Assembly (NCBI GenBank): GCA_964520485.1
Contig: CAZFNC010000001.1
Span: 495-64,494, forward strand
Length of the DNA: 64,000 nt
Source of the DNA: an uncultured Synergistaceae bacterium
Lineage (GTDB): Bacteria; Synergistota; Synergistia; Synergistales; Dethiosulfovibrionaceae
Direction: 5' to 3'
In this document: piece by piece, positions 8,793 through 17,504 of the stretch
How positions within the stretch are numbered: the stretch's first letter is position 1
Layout of the letters: each line of letters opens with the position of its first letter
The notes under the pieces: generated by a model
Database searches by the model: none
Seen by the model: only the letters and a program-made list of their open reading frames with translations
What the model was told of the DNA's origin: nothing
Position numbers and translations under genes: made by a program

Positions 8793-11096
8793 ATGTGGCA
8801 GTTTTTCACTGAAAGAAGCAAGCGCGTCGTGCAGATCGCGCACCATGAGGCGCTCCGCCTCGGTCACGCCGAGATCGGCACGGGACATCTGTTGATGGGC
8901 CTGATCGCCGAAGAGTCGTCGCCGGCGGCCCTCGCCCTCAGGAACGCAGGACTGCCGCCCGAAGACGTGGCGCGCAAACTGCTTGCGCTGCGTCCTCCCG
9001 AAAAAGCGCCCTATTCCCAGCCGGCGGATCTGCCGCTCTCCGAACAGGCGCGAGGCGCTCTCAACGAGGCCATTCGCCAGGCCAGGGAGTTCCATTCCAG
9101 TTATGTCGGCACGGAGCACCTGCTGCTCGGCGTGCTGAGCGAACGGGACGGGACCGCCTGCCGCGCGCTGGCCGAACTGGGGCTGGACGTACAGGCCCTG
9201 TTCGACGCCATCAGGAATCAGCTCAAGGCTCAAAACGCCGCGCAGCGCGCGGAAAGCGACGAAACCGGAGCGCGGAGCGACGTCACGCCTGTCGTCAACA
9301 AGTTCTGCGTCGACCTGACCGCCAAGGCCGCGAAGGGCGAGCTTGACCCGCTGATCGGGCGCGGCGTGGAACTGAAGCGCATGATGCAGATTCTCTGCCG
9401 CCGCCGCAAGAACAATCCAGTCCTCGTGGGCGACCCGGGCGTTGGGAAGACCGCGATCGTCGAGGGGCTTGCCTGCCGGATCCAGTCGGGAGATGTTCCC
9501 TCGCTGCTCAAGGGCAAACGCATCGTTGAACTGGACATGGGAGGCATTGTAGCGGGGACAAAATACCGAGGCGAGTTTGAGGAGCGCATGAAGAAACTCG
9601 TCGACGAGCTGACCGCCGCAGGGAATATTATCCTCTTCATCGACGAACTGCACACCGTGATCGGCGCGGGAAGCGCCGAAGGTTCGCTTGACTCCGCCAA
9701 TATTCTCAAGCCCAGCCTGGCGCGCGGCGAGTTCAGAGTGATCGGCGCCACTACGCGCGACGAGTATACCAAATACATCGAAAAGGACGCGGCGCTCGAA
9801 CGCCGATTCCAGCCCGTGGACATCGTCGAACCCGATCAGGACGCGGCGCTGGCGATTCTCCAGGGGCTGCGCGAAAGCTACGAGAAGCACCACAACGTGC
9901 GATACACCGAAGGCGCGCTTGAGGCGGCGGTGCGCCTCTCGAGCCGGTACCTCTCCGACCGCAGTCTGCCCGACAAGGCCATCGACCTGATCGACGAAGC
10001 GGGCGCGCGCGTGCGCATCGACCTGGACGGGCAGTCGATTCCCGAGGGGCTGACCGTCGACGAGGGCAACATCGCCGACGTGATCTCAGAGTGGAGCGGC
10101 ATTCCCGTCAAGACGCTCACGGAGCACGAAGCGCAGCGCCTGCTGCGCCTTGAGGACGAGATCCATCAGCGCCTCATCGGACAGGACGAAGCCGTATCCG
10201 CCCTCTGCCGCGCTGTGCGGAGATCGCGCAGCGGCCTGAAGGATCCGCGCCGTCCCGTGGGGAGTTTTCTCTTCCTCGGGCCCAGCGGCGTGGGCAAGAC
10301 GGAGCTGGCGCGCGTACTCGCGCGCGTCATGTTCGGCAGCGAGAAGGCGCTGCTTTCATTCGACATGAGCGAATATATGGAGCGGCACGAAGTGGCAAAG
10401 CTGATCGGCGCGCCTCCGGGCTACGTCGGCTACGACGAGGAGGGCCGCCTGACGAGCGCTGTCCGCCGCCACCCGTGGTCGGTCGTGCTCTTCGACGAGA
10501 TCGAGAAGGCCAACCCCGACGTGTTCAACCTGCTTCTGCAGATTCTCGAAGACGGACGTCTCACGGATTCGCACGGGCGCAGCGTTGACTTTAAGAACAC
10601 TGTCGTCGTGATGACCAGCAACCTCGGTGTGCGCGAGCTGAACAAGTCGGGGCTGGGCTTTTCCTCTTCGCAGGAAACCGAACGTCGGAAACAGGCCGAG
10701 TCCGTTCTCGCCGCCGTCAAGCAGTTCTTCAGGCCCGAGTTCCTCAACCGCGTCGACGCGCAGCTCGTGTTCCACAGGCTGTCCGACGAAGAACTTGACA
10801 AGGTCTTTGATATCATGCTGGACGACCTGAAAAGCCGCCTCGACGAACACGGCATCACGCTGTCGCTCGAAAAGCCAGCGCGCGGCTTGCTGCTCTCCGA
10901 GGCCGCCCTGCAGAACCAGGGCGCGCGGCCCCTGCGACGTCTGATCCAGACGCGCATAGAGGATCCGCTTTCCGACCTGCTCCTTTCGGGTGGCATTCCC
11001 GAGGGCACGACCGTCGCGGGCGTCCTGAAAGACGGAGAGCTTTCGTTCAGGGTCCGGCGCGCGCGGCGGAAGCGGGCCGTTCGACGGAAAATTTAA
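8793..11096 (+). CDS. clpC: ATP-dependent Clp protease ATP-binding subunit (ClpC-like, no middle coiled-coil domain)
   Basis: Two Clp-N repeats; AAA-1 GDPGVGKT and FIDELH; AAA-2 GPSGVGKT and FDEIEKA; LGF ClpP-docking loop. Confidence 0.9.
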   Translation: MWQFFTERSKRVVQIAHHEALRLGHAEIGTGHLLMGLIAEESSPAALALRNAGLPPEDVARKLLALRPPEKAPYSQPADLPLSEQARGALNEAIRQAREFHSSYVGTEHLLLGVLSERDGTACRALAELGLDVQALFDAIRNQLKAQNAAQRAESDETGARSDVTPVVNKFCVDLTAKAAKGELDPLIGRGVELKRMMQILCRRRKNNPVLVGDPGVGKTAIVEGLACRIQSGDVPSLLKGKRIVELDMGGIVAGTKYRGEFEERMKKLVDELTAAGNIILFIDELHTVIGAGSAEGSLDSANILKPSLARGEFRVIGATTRDEYTKYIEKDAALERRFQPVDIVEPDQDAALAILQGLRESYEKHHNVRYTEGALEAAVRLSSRYLSDRSLPDKAIDLIDEAGARVRIDLDGQSIPEGLTVDEGNIADVISEWSGIPVKTLTEHEAQRLLRLEDEIHQRLIGQDEAVSALCRAVRRSRSGLKDPRRPVGSFLFLGPSGVGKTELARVLARVMFGSEKALLSFDMSEYMERHEVAKLIGAPPGYVGYDEEGRLTSAVRRHPWSVVLFDEIEKANPDVFNLLLQILEDGRLTDSHGRSVDFKNTVVVMTSNLGVRELNKSGLGFSSSQETERRKQAESVLAAVKQFFRPEFLNRVDAQLVFHRLSDEELDKVFDIMLDDLKSRLDEHGITLSLEKPARGLLLSEAALQNQGARPLRRLIQTRIEDPLSDLLLSGGIPEGTTVAGVLKDGELSFRVRRARRKRAVRRKI

Positions 11097-11169
11097 TAGA
11101 GGACGGAAGGCGCGAAAACGACGCGTGAGCGGTCTTGGTTCCGTTGGCCGCGACGGCCGGAAAGCCCCC

Positions 11170-11198
11170 TTGCGTAAACTTCGCGGGTGTGCTATACT
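11170..11198 (+). promoter_or_regulatory. Promoter of infC-rpmI-rplT operon
   Basis: TTGCGT-N17-TATACT with extended -10 TG. Confidence 0.75.
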
Positions 11199-11204
11199 GC
11201 TCAA

Positions 11205-11334
11205 AGCGATTGAGAAGCAGAGGTTCTCCTCTCGCCCGGTCGGCGCCCGCTGGCAGCTGACGGGTCGTGCGCGTTTTCGTCACGGAGTGCGAGAAGAAGC
11301 ATGAGGAGAGGCCGGAGCCTTTCCTCTTTTTTTT
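11205..11334 (+). promoter_or_regulatory. Putative L20-leader-type attenuator
   Basis: Leader between promoter and infC ends in a terminator (GAGGAGAGGC-CGGA-GCCTTTCCTC + T8, 11303-11334); upstream TTCTCCTCTC (about 11225-11234) can pair with the terminator 5' arm; position matches known L20 leaders. Confidence 0.55.
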
Positions 11335-11361
11335 CGCGAGAATACTCTGGAGGTGACTCAC

Positions 11362-11913
11362 ATAGCTAGAAAACAGCCCGATGAGCCGCGAGTGAACGAA
11401 GAGATCACGGCAGCGCGAGTGCTCGTCATCGATAACGACGGCACGAAACTTGGTGTGATGACTCCGGCTGAAGGAATTGCCGCAGCGGAAGAGCGTGAAC
11501 TTGACCTGGTGGAGGTCGCTCCCGACGGGAAACCGCCGGTTTGCCGCATTCTCGATTACGGTAAGTACCGCTATCAGCAGCAGAAGCGCGACAAGGACGC
11601 GCGAAAGAAACAGAAGGTGCAGGCGCTCAAGGAGATCAAGATGCGCCCGAAGATCGACGAACACGATTACGAGTTTAAGACGAAGGCCATCATCAAGTTC
11701 CTTGAAAGCGGTCATCGCGTTAAGGTGTCGATTTTCTTCCGCGGCAGAGAGATGGCATTTCTGGACAAGGGCCGTGAGGTCATTGACAGAGTGGCGGTTG
11801 ACTGTGCGGGATCCGGCAGGATGGATGAAGAGCCGCGCATGGAAGGCCGTTATATGCGGGCTATGTTTGTTCCGCTGAGCGGAAATTCCGCGAGAAGCGA
11901 CAGCAAAGTATAG
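11362..11913 (+). CDS. infC: Translation initiation factor IF-3, probable non-canonical ATA start
   Basis: PRVNEEI, LDLVEVAP, PPVCRILDYGKY, KEIKMRPKIDEHDY; GGAGGTG SD 6 nt before in-frame ATA at 11362. Confidence 0.95.
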   Translation: MARKQPDEPRVNEEITAARVLVIDNDGTKLGVMTPAEGIAAAEERELDLVEVAPDGKPPVCRILDYGKYRYQQQKRDKDARKKQKVQALKEIKMRPKIDEHDYEFKTKAIIKFLESGHRVKVSIFFRGREMAFLDKGREVIDRVAVDCAGSGRMDEEPRMEGRYMRAMFVPLSGNSARSDSKV

Positions 11914-11941
11914 AAACTGACATTTTACGGAGGTTATCAGC

Positions 11942-12142
11942 ATGGTCAGGAAGGCGAAGACTCATTCGGGCGCGAAAAAGCGCTTTTCTTACACGGGCAG
12001 CGGCAAGGTGAAGTATCAGAAGAACGGCCGCCGTCACCTTCTGAGCACGAAGGACGCCAAGCGTCACCGCAGCCTGCGTCAGAACGGGATTCTCTCTGGC
12101 GGGCAGGAAGAGATGCTGCGCCTGATGATGCCCTACAAGTAA
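11942..12142 (+). CDS. rpmI: 50S ribosomal protein L35
   Basis: [10 protein letters not shown]...HLLSTK; position in infC operon. Confidence 0.95.
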   Translation: MVRKAKTHSGAKKRFSYTGSGKVKYQKNGRRHLLSTKDAKRHRSLRQNGILSGGQEEMLRLMMPYK

Positions 12143-12171
12143 GACTTATCATTATCTGAGGTGAATTTAAA

Positions 12172-12528
12172 ATGCGCGTTAAAGCAGCAAGTTCCAGCGA
12201 CAGAAAGTACAAGAAGCTTTTTTCGATCACCAAAGGGTTCTTCGGCCGCAAGAAGAACAATTACCGCCGCGCCCGCGAAGCGTATCTTCACGCTCTCAGC
12301 AGCATGTTCAAGGATCGCCGCCGCAAGAAGAGGGATTTCCGCCGTCTGTGGATCTCCCGAATCAACGCCGCGGCCCGCATGGAAGGGATGTCCTACAGCT
12401 TCTTCATGAACGGCCTGAAGAAGGCGGGAATCGAGATCAACCGCAAGATGCTCGCCGACCTGGCCGTCAACGACATGGAGGCGTTCCGCAGCATCGCGCA
12501 GCAAGCCAAGGCGGCCGCTTCCAAGTGA
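12172..12528 (+). CDS. rplT: 50S ribosomal protein L20
   Basis: DRRRKKRDFRRLWISRINAAAR, INRKMLADLAV. Confidence 0.97.
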   Translation: MRVKAASSSDRKYKKLFSITKGFFGRKKNNYRRAREAYLHALSSMFKDRRRKKRDFRRLWISRINAAARMEGMSYSFFMNGLKKAGIEINRKMLADLAVNDMEAFRSIAQQAKAAASK

Positions 12529-12713
12529 TATAAAGACAACGGGCTTTCGGCGGGCGCTGTACGGTTTCGCGCGCAGAAGTGAAGCGGCGCTCCCGAGTTG
12601 TCCGCGAAAAACGCCTTTTCTCTGAAGGAGCCAGTCCGCAGGGTTCATGTCCGTTTCGCAGGGAACGGCGTATTTTACCGGCACTTTATTCAACCTGTCG
12701 GGCGAACGCAGCA

Positions 12714-12746
12714 AAAGGCTCCTGTCATCACCTGACAGGAGCCTTT
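12714..12746. terminator. Strong hairpin terminator between rplT and pheS
   Basis: Perfect 14-bp stem AAAGGCTCCTGTCA / TGACAGGAGCCTTT with 5-nt loop. Confidence 0.75.
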
Positions 12747-12902
12747 CTGTTCAACGAAGTTTTTCGTCCCCGCGGTACGAAAGCTCGCGGCGGGACGCCC
12801 TGAACACAAAAGTTCTTTGACCGCGGCGCCGCCGCGCGGTCGCGGATACGCGCCGGCTGTTTGAACGGGGACAGGCACAATCGTGATTGGAGGAATAATC
12901 GG

Positions 12903-13946
12903 ATGAGCAGTGAAATTGCTCTCGAGATCGAGAAGATTCGCGGCATGGTCGACAAGGCCGTCAGCGGGGAACCGTCGCTTGAGTCTCTGAACGAGTGTCG
13001 CGTCGCGGTGTTCGGCAAGAAGGGCGCGATGACGGGCCTGCAGAGGATGCTCGGCAAACTGTCGTCGGGACAGCGTCCCTACTTCGGCAAGATCATCAAC
13101 GCGGCCAAGGCAGAACTGACGGACAAACTTGAGCGCGCCATAGAAGACTGCGAGAGCAGGCGGCTGACCGAGGCCGAGATGCGCGACCGCGTCGACGTGA
13201 CTCAGCCGGCGGCGGGAAGGCCCATGGGCGGGATTCACCCCGTCATGCAGGTGATGATGGACGTGCTCGAGGTGCTCGAGGGACTGGGCTTTGTCACCGT
13301 GCAGGGCCCCGAGGTGGAAACTGATTTTTACAACTTTGAGGCGCTGAACATCCCGCCGCACCACCCCGCTCGCGACATGCAGGACACGTTCTACTTCGGC
13401 GACGGCAGACTGCTGCGCACGCACACGTCGGGGATGCAAATCCATTCCATGCTTGACATGGGCGCGCCTCTGCGCATCGCCTGCCCTGGACGCGTCTACC
13501 GCCGCGACAACGATCCGACCCATTCGCCCATGTTCCATCAGGTGGAGGGACTGATCGTCGATACGAACATCTCCGTGGGAGATCTGAAGGGCTGCCTTGA
13601 GGCCATGATGGAAGGCATCTTCGGCAAGAAACTGAAAGCGCGTTACCGCGCGAGCTACTTCCCGTTCACGGAGCCTTCCCTTGAGGTCGACATCGAGTGT
13701 TTCAAGTGCTCTGGAACCGATCCTCACTGCCAGATCTGCAAGGGCACTGGCTGGCTTGAGATCGGCGGCATGGGCATCGTGCATCCCGACGTGCTGCGCC
13801 ACGGCGGGATCGACCCGGAGAAGTACACAGGGTTCGCGTGGGGCATGGGGCTGGACCGCATCGCCATGCTCAAGTACGGGCTGACCGACCTTCGGGCGCT
13901 GTTTGACGGCGACGTTTCCTATCTGCTGTCGGGGAGGCAAAAATAA
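12903..13946 (+). CDS. pheS: Phenylalanine--tRNA ligase alpha subunit
   Basis: HPARDMQDTFY, LLRTHTS, GRVYRRD, YFPFTEPS, GFAWGMGLDRIAML. Confidence 0.98.
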   Translation: MSSEIALEIEKIRGMVDKAVSGEPSLESLNECRVAVFGKKGAMTGLQRMLGKLSSGQRPYFGKIINAAKAELTDKLERAIEDCESRRLTEAEMRDRVDVTQPAAGRPMGGIHPVMQVMMDVLEVLEGLGFVTVQGPEVETDFYNFEALNIPPHHPARDMQDTFYFGDGRLLRTHTSGMQIHSMLDMGAPLRIACPGRVYRRDNDPTHSPMFHQVEGLIVDTNISVGDLKGCLEAMMEGIFGKKLKARYRASYFPFTEPSLEVDIECFKCSGTDPHCQICKGTGWLEIGGMGIVHPDVLRHGGIDPEKYTGFAWGMGLDRIAMLKYGLTDLRALFDGDVSYLLSGRQK

Positions 13947-16330
13947 TGCTGCTTTCAATCAACTGGCTGAAAGAATTTATCGACCTGCCCGTCTCTCTGA
14001 GTGACCTCGCCGAGAAGATGACGGTGACCGGCAACGAGATCGAAGAGGTGACCCGCCCCTGCGCCAACGTCAAGGGCGTGAGAATCGCCAAGATCGTCGA
14101 AATGTCGCAGCATCCCACCAAGGACGGCCTCAAGGTGTGCAAAATGCATCTGGGCGGAGACGAGTACCACGTCTGTCTGACCACGGCGCCCAACGTGCAC
14201 GTGGGGGACGTGATCCCCTGGTTCGCCCCGGGCGGGAGCACGATCGAAGGGCAGGAACTGGGTGTGCGCGACTTCGGGGAAGGTTTCCTCAGCGAGGGCA
14301 TGATGGCCTCGGCGAAGGAACTGGGCGTGCCTGACCTGAGCGACGTGTACGGCATCCTCATGCTGCCGCAGGACGCTCCGCTGGGCGCCGATGCCGTGAA
14401 GTGGCTGGGGCTTGACGACACGGTCTTCGACATGTCCGTCACGCCCAATCGCGGCGACATGCTCAGCGTTCTCGGCGCCGCGACCGAGATCCACGCGCTG
14501 TTTCCCGAGTGCAGGCTGCACGTTCCCGAAATTCCTCTGCCCGCCTACGACGGGGAGTGGACGCTGCCGTTCGAGGGCATCACGCTGGAGAGCGAGGGCT
14601 GTCGCGCCTACCGCCTTGGTCTGGCCGACAGCGTGAAGATCATGCCCTCGCCTTTGCAGGCGGGCGTGAAACTGTGCATGGCGGGGATGCGCCCGATCAA
14701 CAACATCGTCGACGCGACCAACTACACCATGCTCGCGCTCGGCCAGCCGATGCACGCCTTTGACGCGAAAAGCCTGCCGGCGCCCAACATCGGCGTGCGT
14801 CCCGCTCGCCCCGGCGAGGAGATCGTCACGCTCGACGGCAAGACGCACACGCTGCTCGAAAGCGACATGGTCATCACCAGCGGCGGCGTGGGCGTGGCCC
14901 TGGCGGGAGTGATGGGCGGCCTGAACTCCGAGATCACCGAAGACACAAAGCACGTCCTGCTTGAAAGCGCCAACTTCACGTCTCCGTACATCAGCAAGAC
15001 GTCGAGACGCCTTGGCATTCCCAGCGAGGCGTCGTTCCGTTACGCCCGCGGCGTCGACCCGCTGCTGACCGAAAAGGCGGCCTATTACTGTTTGCACCTG
15101 ATGGAGGAATGGGGCGGCGTGCGCGCTTTCCGCAAGACGCTGTACAGGGAAAACGGCACGATCGCGCCTGCGCGCGTCAAGCTCACTCAAAAGCTCCTGC
15201 ACACAGTCATCGGCTGGTCCGACATGGATCAATCCGCGGAGTTCCTCGACAGGCTCGGCATCAGGAAGATCGGCGGCGACGCCGAATGCGCAGAGTTCGA
15301 GGTGCCTACCCGCAGGACCGATATTTCCATCGAGGAGGATCTGATTGAGGAAGTGGGACGTCTGCGCGGCTACGACCTGATCGAACCGACGATCCCAGTT
15401 CTGCACCGCAGCGGCACACTGGGGCCTGTGATGTCGCTCCACCGGCTGGTGCGCTCCGTTGCCATCGCGCGCGGTTACACCGAAGCCGTGACGCTCAGTT
15501 TTGTCAGCCCCGACAGCCTCAGCCTGATCCGCTACCCCAACCCAGACGCGTGCTTAGCCGTCGCCAACCCTATCAGCGTTGACATGTCGGTCATGCGCCC
15601 GACGATTTTGCCGGCGCTGCTGAACGGCATCAGCAAGGCCGTCCATGGCGGATGGCGCGAACCCGTTCGCGTGTTCGAGTGCGGACACGTGTTCCTGCCG
15701 CGCGATGGCGGCGCGAAGGAGATCGATTGTGTCTGCGGCGTTTCCTTTGCGGGCAGGGAAAAGCGCGCGCTCTATCCCGAGCACGCCGACACGCTCCTCA
15801 CCGTCAAGGGGGATGTCGAGGCGATCGCCGCCGGCTGCGGCGTCCGTCTGACGTTCCGTAAGGCGACGCGTCCCTGCGGCCACGCCGGTCAGACAGCGGA
15901 GATCCTCAAAGACGGAGCTGTCGTCGGGTATCTGCTGCGTCTCAAGGCGGACATCGCTGCCAAGCTCGATCTTGACGCTCCCGTCTACGCCTTCGAGATC
16001 GACATGACTGCCCTTGCCGACAGGCCGCTGCCGAAGTTCGCGAAGGTCAGCCCCTATCCGCCCGTCTATCGCGACATTTCAATGCTGGCGGCCAAGGATG
16101 TGCCTGCCGATACGGTGCTCGCGGACATCCGTGAATGCGGCGGATCGCTGCTTGCCACCGTACGTCTGTTTGACATCTACGAGGGCAAGGGCGTGCCCGA
16201 AGGTTACAGAAGCCTGGCGTTCACGACGGCGTACCTTTTGCCCGAACGCACGCTGAAGGACGCCGAGGTCGACGAACAGCACAGCCTGTTGAGAAGCGGC
16301 CTTGAGCGAAAGGGCTACAAGCTGAGATAA
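13946..16330 (+). CDS. pheT: Phenylalanine--tRNA ligase beta subunit
   Basis: 794 aa; VTPNRGD, GQPMHAFD, RFARG-like FRYARGVDP, EEDLIEEVGRLRGYD, FDX-ACB C-terminus; TAATG overlap with pheS. Confidence 0.98.
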   Translation: MLLSINWLKEFIDLPVSLSDLAEKMTVTGNEIEEVTRPCANVKGVRIAKIVEMSQHPTKDGLKVCKMHLGGDEYHVCLTTAPNVHVGDVIPWFAPGGSTIEGQELGVRDFGEGFLSEGMMASAKELGVPDLSDVYGILMLPQDAPLGADAVKWLGLDDTVFDMSVTPNRGDMLSVLGAATEIHALFPECRLHVPEIPLPAYDGEWTLPFEGITLESEGCRAYRLGLADSVKIMPSPLQAGVKLCMAGMRPINNIVDATNYTMLALGQPMHAFDAKSLPAPNIGVRPARPGEEIVTLDGKTHTLLESDMVITSGGVGVALAGVMGGLNSEITEDTKHVLLESANFTSPYISKTSRRLGIPSEASFRYARGVDPLLTEKAAYYCLHLMEEWGGVRAFRKTLYRENGTIAPARVKLTQKLLHTVIGWSDMDQSAEFLDRLGIRKIGGDAECAEFEVPTRRTDISIEEDLIEEVGRLRGYDLIEPTIPVLHRSGTLGPVMSLHRLVRSVAIARGYTEAVTLSFVSPDSLSLIRYPNPDACLAVANPISVDMSVMRPTILPALLNGISKAVHGGWREPVRVFECGHVFLPRDGGAKEIDCVCGVSFAGREKRALYPEHADTLLTVKGDVEAIAAGCGVRLTFRKATRPCGHAGQTAEILKDGAVVGYLLRLKADIAAKLDLDAPVYAFEIDMTALADRPLPKFAKVSPYPPVYRDISMLAAKDVPADTVLADIRECGGSLLATVRLFDIYEGKGVPEGYRSLAFTTAYLLPERTLKDAEVDEQHSLLRSGLERKGYKLR

Positions 16331-16360
16331 GCTGAAGAATATTGAAGGAGGAGTTTTATC

Positions 16361-16657
16361 ATGGCGAATCTGACCGATTTTGACAAACTTCTTGACCGCG
16401 TCGCCGGCCGCCTCAGCGAAGCCGCCACGTCGACGGCGCGCCTGCAGGACGAGCTCGCCCAGACGAAAAAGCAGCTTGACGAAAGGGCGCTTGACAAGAT
16501 CCGCGCGCTGAAGGAAAAGGATCGCGTGATCGAAGAGCTCGAACGCGAGAAGATGAACCTTCAAAAGGAAAAAGAACTGCTCGAGAGCCAGCTTGAAGAG
16601 GTGTACAAGAAAATCAAAGCGCTCTTCCCTGACGCCGAGACCCTGGAGAGGCGGTAA
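16361..16657 (+). CDS. Coiled-coil protein, ZapB-like by position
   Basis: 98 aa E/K/L heptad-rich; strong SD; between pheT and zapA-like gene. Confidence 0.6.
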   Translation: MANLTDFDKLLDRVAGRLSEAATSTARLQDELAQTKKQLDERALDKIRALKEKDRVIEELEREKMNLQKEKELLESQLEEVYKKIKALFPDAETLERR

Positions 16658-16662
16658 GGAAG

Positions 16663-16968
16663 ATGGCGGTCGTGCCCCGTGATTCAGGGATATCCGTGAC
16701 GCTCGGGCACACGAACTACCGTATTAGCCTCAACCTCGACGAAAAAGAGGCGGAGGCTTTCGCGCAGTTTTGCGAGGAACTCTTCAACTCCGCCGTGCCG
16801 TCGAAGCTCCTCAAGGATCCCGGCGTCGAGCAGGACGAACTGCTGGCGCTCGGTTGGTTCATCCTCGCGCGCAAACTTCAGCGGACTGATGAAAAACTCA
16901 CCCTGCTGCTTGAGCAGTATCACTTTGAACGGGGAAACTCGATGGAGAGGAAGGGGAAAAGTTCGTGA
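16663..16968 (+). CDS. Divergent ZapA-like cell division protein (by synteny)
   Basis: 101 aa; N-terminal beta-strand pattern ISVTLGHTNYRI then helices; precedes cvpA-mutS2 as zapA does in Firmicutes. Confidence 0.5.
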   Translation: MAVVPRDSGISVTLGHTNYRISLNLDEKEAEAFAQFCEELFNSAVPSKLLKDPGVEQDELLALGWFILARKLQRTDEKLTLLLEQYHFERGNSMERKGKSS

Positions 16969-17504
16969 GCTTTGTCAACGAGTTTGATCTGGCGATGGTG
17001 CTGGTTCTGGCGTTTTTTACCGTCAAAGGCGCGTTTCGTGGATTCTTCAGGGAGCTTTTTTCGGTCGTCGGCCTGATCGCGGGAGTCTATTTCGGCATCC
17101 GCTACGCCGGCATCGTCGACGGCTTTTTGAGCGCGAATCTGACGTTTCTCAGCCCCTCGTTGAGCAGAGGCGCCTCGATCGCTCTGGTTTTTTTCGCCGT
17201 TTGCGTTGTCTGTTCGCTGCTCGGCAGCCTGTTCTGCAAGATCCTGTCGATGGTGTCGCTCGGAGCGCTTGACCGCATGTTCGGCCTGCTGGCCGGAGCG
17301 TGCAAGGGAGCGGCAGTCGTCGTGATCGTCGTCATGGTGCTGAACCGTGCGCAGTCCTTCATTTCCAGAAGTTTCCTCGAACAAAGCCGCGTGGTGAACA
17401 TCGTGAACGCCTATCTGCCCGACGTGGAAAGGTACATCGACGAAGTTTTCCCCAAACCGTCAGAGATCGACGATTCCGACACCGTTCAATCCGACTCCTG
17501 GTGA
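16965..17504 (+). CDS. CvpA (colicin V production) family membrane protein
   Basis: DLAMVLVL...KGAFRGFFRE, LDRMFGLLAGACKG; GTGA overlap. Confidence 0.85.
   Translation: MSFVNEFDLAMVLVLAFFTVKGAFRGFFRELFSVVGLIAGVYFGIRYAGIVDGFLSANLTFLSPSLSRGASIALVFFAVCVVCSLLGSLFCKILSMVSLGALDRMFGLLAGACKGAAVVVIVVMVLNRAQSFISRSFLEQSRVVNIVNAYLPDVERYIDEVFPKPSEIDDSDTVQSDSW

Noticed and set aside
12540-12900. T-box riboswitch upstream of pheS
   Set aside because: No GGTGGNACCGCG T-box sequence or recognisable specifier stem
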